From NCBI GenBank assembly GCA_963730935.1, contig CAVSTP010000002.1, forward strand, positions 608,001 through 672,000: DNA of 64,000 nt. The letters run 5' to 3'. Positions 49,562 through 59,384 of this stretch are shown here, piece by piece. Origin of the DNA: an uncultured Nitrospiraceae bacterium (GTDB taxonomy: Bacteria > Nitrospirota > Nitrospiria > Nitrospirales > Nitrospiraceae). Position numbers and translations under genes: made by a program. The notes under the pieces were generated by a model. It saw only the letters and a list, made by a program, of their open reading frames with translations. It was not told the origin of the DNA and made no database searches. Position 1 is the stretch's first letter. Each line of letters opens with the position of its first letter.

Positions 49562-51832
49562 GTGCGGAGGAGGAAGTCGATAATGAATCATGCGAAGAGT
49601 CCTGACGTTGCCGATGCCGTTCAGAGGGTGTCTATCGCCGTCGGCACTAGTAGCGTGACTGTCCTACGTCATACCGCTCTAAATCTCGTCAAAACCTGGT
49701 GCTCTGATGGGACCATCAGGGCGTACGACAAGGGAAAGCACTTCGCTATAGAAGAGGTGCGCGTATCGGATATTAATGAATTGTCGGCCCTCCTTAGCCG
49801 CCTCGAACAAGATCTGCACGTGTGCATCATCCGTGGGGCCTATATTGGAAACGAGCCGGCCGGAAAGATCACCCGAAAGGGATGTAACTTCGAGGATCGT
49901 CCGCTTCACTTCATCTTGATCGAAGTGGACGAATTCGAGCCACTTTCAGAGGATCCAGTAATAGCGCCCGTAAGCTGCATTCGTGAATACATTATTCGGG
50001 AACTACCGCCGTTTTTTCAAGATGTGAGCTTTCATTGGCAGCTATCCAACAGCGCTGGTCATCCAAAGCATGCGGATAAATTAAAGGTTCACCTCTGGTT
50101 CTGGCTTGAACAGCCGTACACTAGCGCTGAACTTCACGAATGGGCAGAGAACATTCACCTCGCCAGTGATCATTGCGTTTTCAATCCAGTCCAAATCCAC
50201 TACACGGGGAGGCCGATATTTGAGGAAGGCATTCACGACCCTGTTCCCGTCCGGAGCGGTTATGTGAAGAATGCGTTAGACGCGGTTCCACTTCTTATCG
50301 ATAACGCGATCCTGAACGCAGTACATGCACGGACGCGCCCATCACGAACGCCGCTTATTGGCTATTCTGGTGAGGATCCCGTTGCCCAGTATCTCAAATC
50401 AAAAGATCTCGTCCTTGGCTTTACAGCGGACCGGCTCTACGTGAAATGCCCTTGGGACTCCGGCCATTCCACCGGTGTGCCTGGCGATAGCTCTTCCGCA
50501 TGGCTCTTGGCTGGGACGGGCAACTATGAGACGGGACACTATAAATGTCTTCATCAGGGTTGCCAGAACCGCACGGACGGGGACTTTTTCAATGCAGTGG
50601 GGTATCTGGCGTATCTGGCGGACGGCTTCCAGGATTTGACGCTAGAAGTTGTCGACGTGCCTGAGTGGCCTCAGTTGGATCGTACTTCTTCCGGAGGGAT
50701 CAAGGTCACTCTGGGGAATCTTGTGAAGATGCTTTCACGGCCAGATATCACTGACATGCGTCTTCGGTATGACGCGTTCCGTGATGAAGTGTTACTGGGA
50801 GATATCCCCCTCACGGACGTGGACTATACAAAACTTCGACTCCGGCTGGAGCGATTGGGTTTTCCTCAGATAAAACGGGACATGATACGTGATGTTGCCC
50901 ATTTCGTCGCGCATACGCAGACGTTTGACAGTGCCCAGGAATGGCTCAACGGGCTTGAGTGGGATGGTACGGAGAGGATCGAACGGTTCTACCCTGACTA
51001 TCTCGGCACGGAAGATACCGCGTATACACGGGCGGTCTCGCTCTATCATTGGACTGCCCAAGCCGGCCGTATCTTACATCCGGGGGCGCAAGCCGATATG
51101 GTCCCCGTGCTAATCGGCGAACAGGGTTCCGGCAAAAGTTCGGCGATTCGCGCTCTTGTGCCCGATGACGGGTATTACGCGGAACTTTCCCTCTCTGCGA
51201 AAGACGACGACCTTGCCCGCAGGATTAAAGGAGTTCTGGTGGCTGAGCTCGCGGAACTCCGAGGCTTGCGAGGTAAGGAAATCGAGCACATCAAGGCATT
51301 CATCACGAAGCGAGAAGAAGAACACATCCCCAAGTACATGGAGAAGAAAGTCCGGTACCCTCGACGGGTGTTTTTCGTTGGGACCACCAATCAAGACGAA
51401 TTCCTTGCGGATGAGACGGGGAATCGCCGTTGGCTGCCGGTAATCGTAGGGCGGCAGAACATCGCCGCAATCGAACGAGACTGTTTGCAACTCTGGGCGG
51501 AGGCGCGGGAGCACGCCATGCTCGAAGGTATTCAGTGGCGCAAGGCGGAGGAACTAGCTAGGCCCCGCCATGTTCGTCACATGACGTATGACCCATGGGA
51601 AGACCAGATTGAGTATTGGCTTCACCAACCAGATTGGAAGGGGGGTACCCCTGCTCAATCTAATTCTTTGAGGACTCCAGAGATTCTCCGGGATGCGCTC
51701 GGGTTTGAGTCCGGGAGGCAAACCCGAGGGGACGATATGCGGGTTGGTGGGATTTTGCGCAAGTTGGGGTACTCACCTGTCCGCGAGACAGTAGATGGGA
51801 AGCAGACCCGCGTCTGGAAGAAGACGACCTAG
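49562..51832 (+). CDS. primase-helicase with VapE (virulence-associated E) ATPase domain
   Basis: N-terminal prim-pol-like region (LKVHLWFWL), CPW..GH...CLHQGC Zn motif, GEQGSGKS Walker A, GTTN..EFL.D.TGNRRW. Confidence 0.88.
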   Translation: MRRRKSIMNHAKSPDVADAVQRVSIAVGTSSVTVLRHTALNLVKTWCSDGTIRAYDKGKHFAIEEVRVSDINELSALLSRLEQDLHVCIIRGAYIGNEPAGKITRKGCNFEDRPLHFILIEVDEFEPLSEDPVIAPVSCIREYIIRELPPFFQDVSFHWQLSNSAGHPKHADKLKVHLWFWLEQPYTSAELHEWAENIHLASDHCVFNPVQIHYTGRPIFEEGIHDPVPVRSGYVKNALDAVPLLIDNAILNAVHARTRPSRTPLIGYSGEDPVAQYLKSKDLVLGFTADRLYVKCPWDSGHSTGVPGDSSSAWLLAGTGNYETGHYKCLHQGCQNRTDGDFFNAVGYLAYLADGFQDLTLEVVDVPEWPQLDRTSSGGIKVTLGNLVKMLSRPDITDMRLRYDAFRDEVLLGDIPLTDVDYTKLRLRLERLGFPQIKRDMIRDVAHFVAHTQTFDSAQEWLNGLEWDGTERIERFYPDYLGTEDTAYTRAVSLYHWTAQAGRILHPGAQADMVPVLIGEQGSGKSSAIRALVPDDGYYAELSLSAKDDDLARRIKGVLVAELAELRGLRGKEIEHIKAFITKREEEHIPKYMEKKVRYPRRVFFVGTTNQDEFLADETGNRRWLPVIVGRQNIAAIERDCLQLWAEAREHAMLEGIQWRKAEELARPRHVRHMTYDPWEDQIEYWLHQPDWKGGTPAQSNSLRTPEILRDALGFESGRQTRGDDMRVGGILRKLGYSPVRETVDGKQTRVWKKTT

Positions 51833-51888
51833 ACCACTCCTTGCGTTGAGGTAGTCTAGCCCAGCGCGCCAACACCCGCGCGGAGGGG

Positions 51889-52026
51889 GACAACCTAGAC
51901 AACCTAGACAACCTTTTTAAGAGAGGGAGAGTGCTGGAACAGAAAGGCGGAGCGAAAAGGGGGAGAGAACAGGAGGAGTGTGGGGCACTACATAGGGAAA
52001 AGGTTGTCTAGTTGACTAGGTTGTCT
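51889..52026. repeat. iteron-like repeats, candidate replication origin
   Basis: GACAACCT(A) x3 (51889-51914) facing inverted AGGTTGTCT copies (52001, 52018) across a purine-rich spacer, just after the primase gene. Confidence 0.7.
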
Positions 52027-52077
52027 ACACCTCCGCCTCGGCAACTCGGCGTAGAGCCAAGGGAGCCTAGGAATTAC

Positions 52078-52311
52078 ATGACTGTAGATAGAGATAGAGA
52101 ACGTGTGCAAAACCATCGCTCCCTGATGAAGGCGAATGGGTACCGCCGCATAGAGGTTACGCTCGGCGGCGGAATGATCGATCGGGCCCGTGAAGTTGCT
52201 CTAATGAGGCATTGGCCGCTATGGCGGGTGGTTGAGGAAGCCCTTGATGCGTACGTCATGACCAATGACGTGAATACAGGTAACGTCGCACTAACCGGAA
52301 ATGCGGGATAA
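52078..52311 (+). CDS. small RHH-like DNA-binding/antitoxin-like protein
   Basis: RVQNHRSLMKANGYRRIEV...VVEEALDAY. Confidence 0.5.
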   Translation: MTVDRDRERVQNHRSLMKANGYRRIEVTLGGGMIDRAREVALMRHWPLWRVVEEALDAYVMTNDVNTGNVALTGNAG

Positions 52312-52496
52312 GCGATGCCATTCCCTGTTGCCGACCCCAAGACAAATTACCGGAAATGCAGAGTATGTAGCACCCCAGAGCACTACGTAAATAATTGTGA
52401 AGGTAAAACACGGGAGAAGAGGGGGGAGAGTTCCTGCAATTAATTGGAATGCAATAGTTCGCCGGGCGAAGCGAGAGCCTTCGGTGAGGAATTGAC

Positions 52497-52724
52497 GTGA
52501 AAAGAATACATATGGACCAGGACGAACCCCCCTTGCGCCGTCTCGTAGACACTCAGGCCGTTGCAGATTACCTCAACATAGCCACGGACACGGTGTACAC
52601 GATGGTGAGCCAACGACGGCTCCCTCATGTAAAGGTGGGCCGACTACTCCGGTTCGATCTTACGGCGATTAACGCATGGATTGCTAAGAACACGGTTATG
52701 CCGATGCCGGAGAAAAGGGATTGA
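52497..52724 (+). CDS. HTH_17 excisionase-family DNA-binding protein
   Basis: VADYLNI...TVYTMV....LPHVKVGRLLRF. Confidence 0.88.
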   Translation: MKRIHMDQDEPPLRRLVDTQAVADYLNIATDTVYTMVSQRRLPHVKVGRLLRFDLTAINAWIAKNTVMPMPEKRD

Positions 52725-52990
52725 CCACTGTTCTCATATATGAGAACGTCTTGGCCATGACACTGCTACGGGGTATTCGGGAAGGAAAGGGGGTGAGTTT
52801 GCGAGGCCTCAAGAAAATTTCGGGCGTGGCAGTGGCGACTCTCGCCCGGATCGAAGCGGGGGGGTATGACCCTCGCCTGAGTACCTTGAGGCGGTTAGCC
52901 AAGGCCCTGAATGTTACCGTGGCGGAAATGATCGGCGAACAATCCTTCAAGAAAGGAGAGTCACTGGATGGGACTCACAAAACGCGGTAA
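52721..52990 (+). CDS. XRE-family HTH regulator
   Basis: IRE.KG.SLR.L...SGV...TLARIE.G..DPRLSTL.RLAKAL. Confidence 0.88.
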   Translation: MTTVLIYENVLAMTLLRGIREGKGVSLRGLKKISGVAVATLARIEAGGYDPRLSTLRRLAKALNVTVAEMIGEQSFKKGESLDGTHKTR

Positions 52991-54095
52991 GCACTGGTAC
53001 GTGGAGTTTCCAGTTATTGATGATGGCAAAATTCTAAAGATGGCTCCATATGGTTCTCGGTCAGTGGCAGGAATCAAGATGAAACGGTGGAAGTCGGGTC
53101 CAAGCAAAGAACTCGCCGAAAAGTTGGAGGCGAGCAAGCGGATCGAACTTGAAACAGTTGGGATACCCAGCACTAAGCAGGCGGCTCTCATGACATTCAA
53201 GTCGCTGACGGATGCGTACCTAGCTGACAAAAAGATTCAGCGCCAAGCGCTGTACAAATGCAAGAAGTCGTGGATTGAAAACCGGTTCATTCCGACATTC
53301 GGAGCCGGAACGTTAGCGGCGTCAGTGACGACTGACAAGGTAGAATCGTATCTGGAGAGGCGCCGGCAGGAAGTCGCACTGGCCACGGTTAACCGGGAGC
53401 TGGCTGGAATTAAGCATATTTTTTCCTGGGCAGTGCATAGAGGTCGGATGGACAGGAACCCACTGCAGCATTTGAGGCAGGAGAGGGAAGACAATGTGAG
53501 AGACGAAATTCTGGAACCAGTACAATTCGATGCCTTACAACGACACGCTCCCAGCTACCTGCGCTCGATCAATCTGGTGGCTTATCAGACGGCAATGCGT
53601 CGAGGTGAAATCCTGGAGCTGACCTGGGACAAGGTGGATGAGAAGAAAGGCTTTATTCGGCTGTCAGCTGAAGATACGAAGACGGACGAAGGACGAATCG
53701 TGCCACTCTCACCAGAACTCAAGGCGACCTTTGCAGAGTTACGAAGAACTAGGGCGCTCCACGAGAAACACGTTTTCCTTCGGGGAGGACAGTCTGTGGC
53801 AGACTTCCGACGCGCATTTGCGACCGCCTGCAAGTTGGCCGGAATCGAAGGCTTCCGCTTTCATGACTTCCGCCATACGGCGATCACGAATATGCGCCGG
53901 GCGGGGATTGACCCGCTCACCATCATGCAGATCAGCGGTCACAAAACGATGGAGTGCTTCACGCGATATAACAGCTTCCGGGAGCCAGATTTGAGTGCTG
54001 CGGCCGATAAGCTTAACACTCATCTAACACTAGCCCACCGATTGGCTTCCACAACGGCTGCGAGTGAGATGGAGAAAGCGAGTGCAAGTGCTTGA
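52968..54095 (+). CDS. tyrosine recombinase / phage integrase
   Basis: catalytic R (TAMRRGE), K, HxxR (FHDFRH), H (SGHKT), Y (TRY) all present; ends 8 bp from the tRNA CCA. Confidence 0.95.
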   Translation: MGLTKRGKHWYVEFPVIDDGKILKMAPYGSRSVAGIKMKRWKSGPSKELAEKLEASKRIELETVGIPSTKQAALMTFKSLTDAYLADKKIQRQALYKCKKSWIENRFIPTFGAGTLAASVTTDKVESYLERRRQEVALATVNRELAGIKHIFSWAVHRGRMDRNPLQHLRQEREDNVRDEILEPVQFDALQRHAPSYLRSINLVAYQTAMRRGEILELTWDKVDEKKGFIRLSAEDTKTDEGRIVPLSPELKATFAELRRTRALHEKHVFLRGGQSVADFRRAFATACKLAGIEGFRFHDFRHTAITNMRRAGIDPLTIMQISGHKTMECFTRYNSFREPDLSAAADKLNTHLTLAHRLASTTAASEMEKASASA

Positions 54096-54103
54096 AAAAG
54101 GTA

Positions 54104-54190
54104 TGGTGCCGAAGCCGGGATTTGAACCCGGACACCCTTGCGGGCGCTAGACCCTGAATCTAGTGCGTCTGCCAGTTCCGCCACTTCGGC
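54104..54190 (-). tRNA. tRNA-Leu(CAG)
   Basis: 87-nt cloverleaf gccgaagtggcggaactggcagacgcactagattCAGggtctagcgcccgcaagggtgtccgggttcaaatcccggcttcggcacca. Confidence 0.96.
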
Positions 54191-54295
54191 TTCTCGGGCT
54201 CTCGCTTCGTGAGGCAGGCCCTTGGGAGAGTGGGAAGGGGATTATCCAGAATTCCGCTCGCTCACGTCAAGCAACTCTCGGCAAACTCGTGCTGG

Positions 54296-55747
54296 TCAAC
54301 GTTGGCTCCACGCCATTTCGTCCATCTGCCAGCGACCGGCCGTGGCAATGTCCCGCTGATCACCCGTGAGCACGATCCGCTCGCGGACGAGTCCGGCGGC
54401 TCCGAGCAGACCTGGTACCGAAATCCATGGCGCGTTGTCGGCAATCAGGACATCGAATCGCACACGGCTGAAGAGCGGATCTGCCAGCACGCGGTCGGCC
54501 GTCGTGATCACGAGCCGCCGGTTTTGAATAAACGCCTGGCGATTGGTGTCTTCTTCGGCCGCAAGCAGTTCGCGGATCTTTTTCGTCCCCCCCAATCGCA
54601 CGATCTCCTCTTTTAAGTCTTCGAATTCCGACCGCATATCTTTGGGCACCGCGGCTTCGGGCACCAGTTCGTCGATGCGAGTCTTGGCAATGTCGAGTTC
54701 TTTCATCAACCCGGCGATTTGAGTCTCATAGAGGGCGAGGTACTGATGCAGGGAGTCCACGTTTTTCCCCACCGCCTGCATGGTGAGGCGGCGCAGGAGC
54801 GGTAGGTTTTCATATTCGGCCAGCGTGGTCTGCGCCTCTTTTTGTTTCGCCTGAAGGTCGCTCAACTGCGTCAATAGGCGCCATTCCAGTAATCGGACCT
54901 CATCGAGATCCTTTTGCTTATGCCCTTTGTACGCCAAAATCGGCGTGAGTTCCCGAAATCGTTCGTATTTCCGGCGGAGCGCGGCTTTGTCCGCCCGTGA
55001 CTTCGCATAAAACTGATGCATCTGCGTTTCGAAGCCCAGCTCGCGAATCGGTAAACCGAACGCCTGATGGGCCACCGTCATTTCATATCGGCTCACCCAG
55101 GTTTTGTAGACGAGGCCCCCGGCCTTCATGGCTCGCGCGATGGCCCCGCTGATTTCGTCTGCGGCGTGATGGTCTGGGCACACGAGCAGGATGCGCTTGT
55201 TCGCCCGAATGAGCCCGATCGCAGTCGCCGCCACTTTCTGTTGCCGCACGGACGGATCCTCCGACCACAGCGTCGTCAGGACGGAAGCCGAGGAACCGCC
55301 AATCTGATCAAATGAGCTCGACGTCCCGAACACAGGAGCCAGACGATCGGCGGGACCCAGCCGGTAGGAGTCGGGCTGCGCCAACATGTGAGCGAATCTT
55401 TCCGCCGCTCTTAAGAGAAACCCTCCCCGGTCGGGGACGATGGTCGCATTCGTAACAGTGGTTCCGATGGCGTCGAAGGTTTGCACCAAGGCCACGCCAT
55501 CCTTACAACTCAAGACCAGCCCTTCCGCCGGTTCGATCTCGTCGTCAGGAACGACCGAAACGGGTATATCGATAGCCAATACGCCATCAGGAGGGAGCCG
55601 AAACTCGTAGAGATAAAGGGTTCCGACAGCTTCCAAGAGACGTCCGCTCACTGGTGCCAGCGGCCGGTCGCCCTGCGAAATGCCAAGCTGCGCCTGCTCA
55701 GCGGTAAGTCGTGTGGCCCAATGCTCGATCAGTTCCCGTGCCGTCAT
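54296..55747 (-). CDS. degenerate SF1 (DNA2/NAM7-like) helicase-domain protein with coiled-coil insert
   Basis: KRILLVCP, FDVLIADNA, LTGDQ motifs; no Walker A; start taken at MTARE. Confidence 0.65.
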   Translation of the reverse strand: MTARELIEHWATRLTAEQAQLGISQGDRPLAPVSGRLLEAVGTLYLYEFRLPPDGVLAIDIPVSVVPDDEIEPAEGLVLSCKDGVALVQTFDAIGTTVTNATIVPDRGGFLLRAAERFAHMLAQPDSYRLGPADRLAPVFGTSSSFDQIGGSSASVLTTLWSEDPSVRQQKVAATAIGLIRANKRILLVCPDHHAADEISGAIARAMKAGGLVYKTWVSRYEMTVAHQAFGLPIRELGFETQMHQFYAKSRADKAALRRKYERFRELTPILAYKGHKQKDLDEVRLLEWRLLTQLSDLQAKQKEAQTTLAEYENLPLLRRLTMQAVGKNVDSLHQYLALYETQIAGLMKELDIAKTRIDELVPEAAVPKDMRSEFEDLKEEIVRLGGTKKIRELLAAEEDTNRQAFIQNRRLVITTADRVLADPLFSRVRFDVLIADNAPWISVPGLLGAAGLVRERIVLTGDQRDIATAGRWQMDEMAWSQR

Positions 55748-55860
55748 GATGCAAAGATTGAAGAGTGTGCGGTCATGATACGGGCGCTCGCCAATGAGAG
55801 TCCAGCCACCAAGAGGCGGAGTTTGGGTACTCAGAACGCGCTCGCGAGAGCAATCCACGA

Positions 55861-55890
55861 TTGACTTTTCTTCGGCCCCTCCAGTATCCT
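55861..55890 (+). promoter_or_regulatory. sigma-70-type promoter for rplI
   Basis: TTGACT-N18-TATCCT. Confidence 0.5.
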
Positions 55891-55921
55891 CTTTTCCTTT
55901 CCAACAGAAGGAGTTAGCGGT

Positions 55922-56389
55922 ATGAAAGTCATTCTGCAAGAGACGATGGAAGGGGTCGGTCACCTCGGCGACCTCATCGACGTGAAAAATGGATTTGCAA
56001 GGAACTTCTTGCTCCCCCGTAAGAAGGCCGTGGTCGCCAACGACCGGAATATCAAATCGTTCGAGCATACCAAGCGGGTCGCCGCCGAACGGGCCAAGAA
56101 GGAAAAGCTCGAGATCGAAGCCCATGCCAAGAAGATATCCACTGTCACACTCACGGTGGAGGCTCAGGTTGGGAAAGACGATAAGATGTTCGGGTCGGTC
56201 ACAGTCAAGGACATTGCCGAGGGGTTGACCGCACAGGGCTATACCGTGGACCGGCGGAAAATTCAGCTGCCTCACCCCATCAAAGAGCTCGGCACCTTCA
56301 CGGTCCCCGTGAAATTGCCGCGGGAGGTGACCGCCGCGGTCACGGTGCGTGTCGTCAAGAAACAGGACGCGGAAACCGCAACGGCCTAA
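55922..56389 (+). CDS. rplI: 50S ribosomal protein L9
   Basis: MKVIL...G..G..V.VK.GFARNFL.P; KMFGSVT. Confidence 0.97.
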   Translation: MKVILQETMEGVGHLGDLIDVKNGFARNFLLPRKKAVVANDRNIKSFEHTKRVAAERAKKEKLEIEAHAKKISTVTLTVEAQVGKDDKMFGSVTVKDIAEGLTAQGYTVDRRKIQLPHPIKELGTFTVPVKLPREVTAAVTVRVVKKQDAETATA

Positions 56390-56427
56390 TTTCCTAGGTT
56401 TATCAACAATCGGACGAGGCACGTTCA

Positions 56428-57696
56428 ATGTCCATGAAAGATGCAGTGGGGTCGCTTGATGCGTTACAAGCCACGGATCCCGAGGTCTATGCCGCCATCG
56501 ATGCCGAGGAGGAGCGCCAGCGAAACAAGCTCCTCCTGATCGCCTCCGAGAACTTCGCCAGTCCTGCCGTCCTGGCCGCCCAGGGTTCCTTGATGACGAA
56601 TAAGTATGCGGAAGGGTACCCAGGCAAGCGGTACTACGGCGGTTGCCAGCATGTGGACCAAGTCGAAGACCTCGCGATTCAACGCTGCAAGCAAATTTTC
56701 GGCGCCGAGCATGTGAACGTTCAACCGCACTCCGGTTCGCAAGCCAATATGGCCGCCTACCTGTCGGTGCTCAAGCCCGGAGACACAATTCTCGGGATGG
56801 ACTTGGCGCAGGGAGGCCATTTGACCCATGGCAGCAAAGTCAATTTCTCCGGAATGATTTTTCGCGCGTTCTCGTACGGAGTCGATCGGCAGTCGGAAAC
56901 CATCGATTTTGACGCCGTCCGCAAGCTTGCCGAAGAATGCCGCCCTCGCATGATCGTGGTGGGCGCCAGTGCGTACGCCAGGACGCTGGACTTTCCAAAA
57001 TTTCAAGCCATTGCACAGTCAGTTGGCGCCTACCTCATGGTCGACATTGCCCACATCGCCGGCTTGATCGCCGCAGGCTTGCACCCGAATCCCATCCCCT
57101 ATGCAGATTTTGTGACCACGACGACGCACAAGACCCTCCGCGGCCCTCGCGGCGGTGTGGTGATGTGCAAGGCGGAACATGCCAAGGCCGTCGACAAGTT
57201 CGTGTTTCCCGGCATGCAGGGCGGACCCTTGATGCACGTGATTGCCGCCAAAGCGGTTGCCTTTAAGGAAGCCCTCTCACCGGCATTCAAGCGCTATCAG
57301 CAACAGGTCGTCGCCAACGCGCGTGTCTTAGCCCAGGGCTTGTTGGATCGCGGATACAAGATCGTGTCTGGAGGGACGGATACGCACCTCATGTTGGTGA
57401 ATCTTACCAACAAGGGCATCACCGGCAAGGAAGCGGATGCAGCACTGGACGCGGCTGGCATTATCGTCAATAAGAACGCGGTGCCCTACGATGAAAAGCC
57501 GCCGGCCGTGGCGAGCGGCATCCGGTTGGGCACGCCGATTGTCTCAACTCGCGGGATGAAGGAAGGCGAAATGCGAGAGATCGTCGTCCTGGTGGATCGA
57601 GTCCTGCAGCACCGGCAGGACCCGGCGGTTCTAGAGGAAGTCCGCAGCCAGGCGAAGGCACTCTGCAACCGTTTCCCGATCTTTCACTCCTACTAA
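56428..57696 (+). CDS. glyA: serine hydroxymethyltransferase
   Basis: [35 protein letters not shown]. Confidence 0.98.
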   Translation: MSMKDAVGSLDALQATDPEVYAAIDAEEERQRNKLLLIASENFASPAVLAAQGSLMTNKYAEGYPGKRYYGGCQHVDQVEDLAIQRCKQIFGAEHVNVQPHSGSQANMAAYLSVLKPGDTILGMDLAQGGHLTHGSKVNFSGMIFRAFSYGVDRQSETIDFDAVRKLAEECRPRMIVVGASAYARTLDFPKFQAIAQSVGAYLMVDIAHIAGLIAAGLHPNPIPYADFVTTTTHKTLRGPRGGVVMCKAEHAKAVDKFVFPGMQGGPLMHVIAAKAVAFKEALSPAFKRYQQQVVANARVLAQGLLDRGYKIVSGGTDTHLMLVNLTNKGITGKEADAALDAAGIIVNKNAVPYDEKPPAVASGIRLGTPIVSTRGMKEGEMREIVVLVDRVLQHRQDPAVLEEVRSQAKALCNRFPIFHSY

Positions 57697-57723
57697 CCTC
57701 ACAACAGGGCAGGATCACCGCCG

Positions 57724-58188
57724 GTGAAATGTCCCTTCTGCGATGAGCTGGAAGACAAAGTGGTCGACTCGCGCATGGCGAAGGAAGGCGAGCTCATCCG
57801 CCGCCGCCGGGAATGCCTGGGCTGCAAGCGCCGTTACACCACCTACGAGCGTGTGGAGGAAATCCTTCCGGTCGTGGTGAAGAAAGACGGACGGCGGGAA
57901 ACGTTTGATCGGTCCAAAATTCTGTCAGGGTTGAAAAAGGCCTGTGAGAAGCGGCCGATCAGTACGGCGACCATTGAGACCGTGACGGACCGGATCGAGA
58001 AGCGCATTCAAGAGATGGGCGAGACGGAGATTGAAAGCCGGATCGTGGGTGAGGAGCTGATGAAGGAATTGCATCAGCTCGATCAGGTGGCATACGTGCG
58101 CTTTGCGTCCGTCTACCGGGAGTTCAAAGACATCGACCAATTCATGGACGAGTTGAGAACCCTGGCCCAGCAGCGCCGCGAGCGGTGA
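57724..58188 (+). CDS. nrdR: transcriptional repressor NrdR
   Basis: CPFC...DSR...IRRRREC..C..RYTTYE; ATP-cone; [10 protein letters not shown]. Confidence 0.97.
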   Translation: MKCPFCDELEDKVVDSRMAKEGELIRRRRECLGCKRRYTTYERVEEILPVVVKKDGRRETFDRSKILSGLKKACEKRPISTATIETVTDRIEKRIQEMGETEIESRIVGEELMKELHQLDQVAYVRFASVYREFKDIDQFMDELRTLAQQRRER

Positions 58189-59384
58189 AGACACGATCTG
58201 ATTCTCCGCTGAGGCGTCTTTCCTCTCTCCCCGTTCGTCGAGCCACCACGAGGAAGCCGACCAAAGAGGGGCACATGCCGGCCTCGCAGGCCAAACCGTC
58301 GAAACAGACTCGAAAGGGCGGCGCATCCGGCGTCACCCACGTGGCGATCATTGGAGCCGGACGGGGCGGCAAGGCGCTCATGGAGATCTTCGCCAACGAC
58401 CCGCTCGTCGACATCGTCGCCGTGGCCGAAATCGATGATTTGGCGCCGGGCATCGCCCTCGCGAAGCGGTTGAAAATTCCGGTCACCCAAGACTACCGCA
58501 TGTTGCTCAATCTGGAACGCGTCGACCTGATCATCGACGTGTCGGGCAGCGTGGAGGTCTGGCAGTCGCTGCAGGACTTTCACCGCATGGGCGTAACGAT
58601 CCTCGGCGGCGCCAGTGCCAAATTCATGTGGGAACTGATCGAAGCGCGGATCAGGGCGACCGCCGAGATTGAGAAGACCCTCAATAAATATCAGTCGCTC
58701 TACCGGCTTTACGTCAAGGAAACAGGGGCCGCCGTGACCGAGGAACGCACGAGGATTGCCTGCGAAATTCACGACGGACTCGTCCAGAGCCTCGCCGGCG
58801 TCGGCTTCAAGCTTGAACTGTCCCAACAACTGATCCGCAAAAATCCCAAAGCCAGCTTGGCAACCCTGCGAGAAAGCAAGGAGCAGCTCAAGCTTGCGAT
58901 TCAGGAAGCCAGGCAAGTTATTTTCAATCTCCGTCCGCTACAGTACGACAAGATGGAGCTCATTCCGGGACTCACCAACTATCTCAAATCGTACGAGACG
59001 CAATACCACATCAAGACCGACTTTACCGTGACCGGCGATGAGCAGATTCTGTTTCCCCGCACCAAGATCTTCTTGTTCCGAATCGTCCAGGAAGCCTTGA
59101 GCAATGTCGTCCAGCACGCCAAGGCCGACCAGGTGTCAGTGCAATTGACGATCGGCCTGGAGAGGCTCACAGTCACCATCTCGGACAACGGCGTGGGATT
59201 CAACATGGAGCAGGTCCTCCATAATCCTGAAAAATGGGACCACTTCGGCGTGCGGGGAATCGTCGAGCGAGCGAATCTCGTCGGCGGCGAGGCGAAAATC
59301 GATTCACAAAAGGGCCGAGGCACCCGGATTGTCGTCGAAGTGCCGCTCGGGAAAAAAGAGAGGGTGGACGATGGAGAAAATTAA
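58185..59384 (+). CDS. HisKA_3 histidine kinase with N-terminal Rossmann-like domain
   Basis: [37 protein letters not shown]; alternative start at 58275. Confidence 0.9.
   Translation: MKTRSDSPLRRLSSLPVRRATTRKPTKEGHMPASQAKPSKQTRKGGASGVTHVAIIGAGRGGKALMEIFANDPLVDIVAVAEIDDLAPGIALAKRLKIPVTQDYRMLLNLERVDLIIDVSGSVEVWQSLQDFHRMGVTILGGASAKFMWELIEARIRATAEIEKTLNKYQSLYRLYVKETGAAVTEERTRIACEIHDGLVQSLAGVGFKLELSQQLIRKNPKASLATLRESKEQLKLAIQEARQVIFNLRPLQYDKMELIPGLTNYLKSYETQYHIKTDFTVTGDEQILFPRTKIFLFRIVQEALSNVVQHAKADQVSVQLTIGLERLTVTISDNGVGFNMEQVLHNPEKWDHFGVRGIVERANLVGGEAKIDSQKGRGTRIVVEVPLGKKERVDDGEN

Larger units (their letters stand above)
36995..54161. mobile_element. 17-kb tRNA-Leu-integrated satellite-like integrative element (int, xis, XRE, AlpA, VapE primase-helicase, cargo)
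   Basis: 58-bp direct repeats at both ends; intact integrase next to the tRNA; paired TAACAC arm-like repeats at 37183/37194 and 54014/54025. Confidence 0.85.

Noticed and set aside
49298..54095. Complete prophage or ICE
   Set aside because: No terminase, capsid, tail, lysis, relaxase or T4SS genes.
55748..56428. N-terminal extension of the 710-aa minus-strand ORF
   Set aside because: It is the antisense shadow of rplI and its promoter; the plausible start is 55747.
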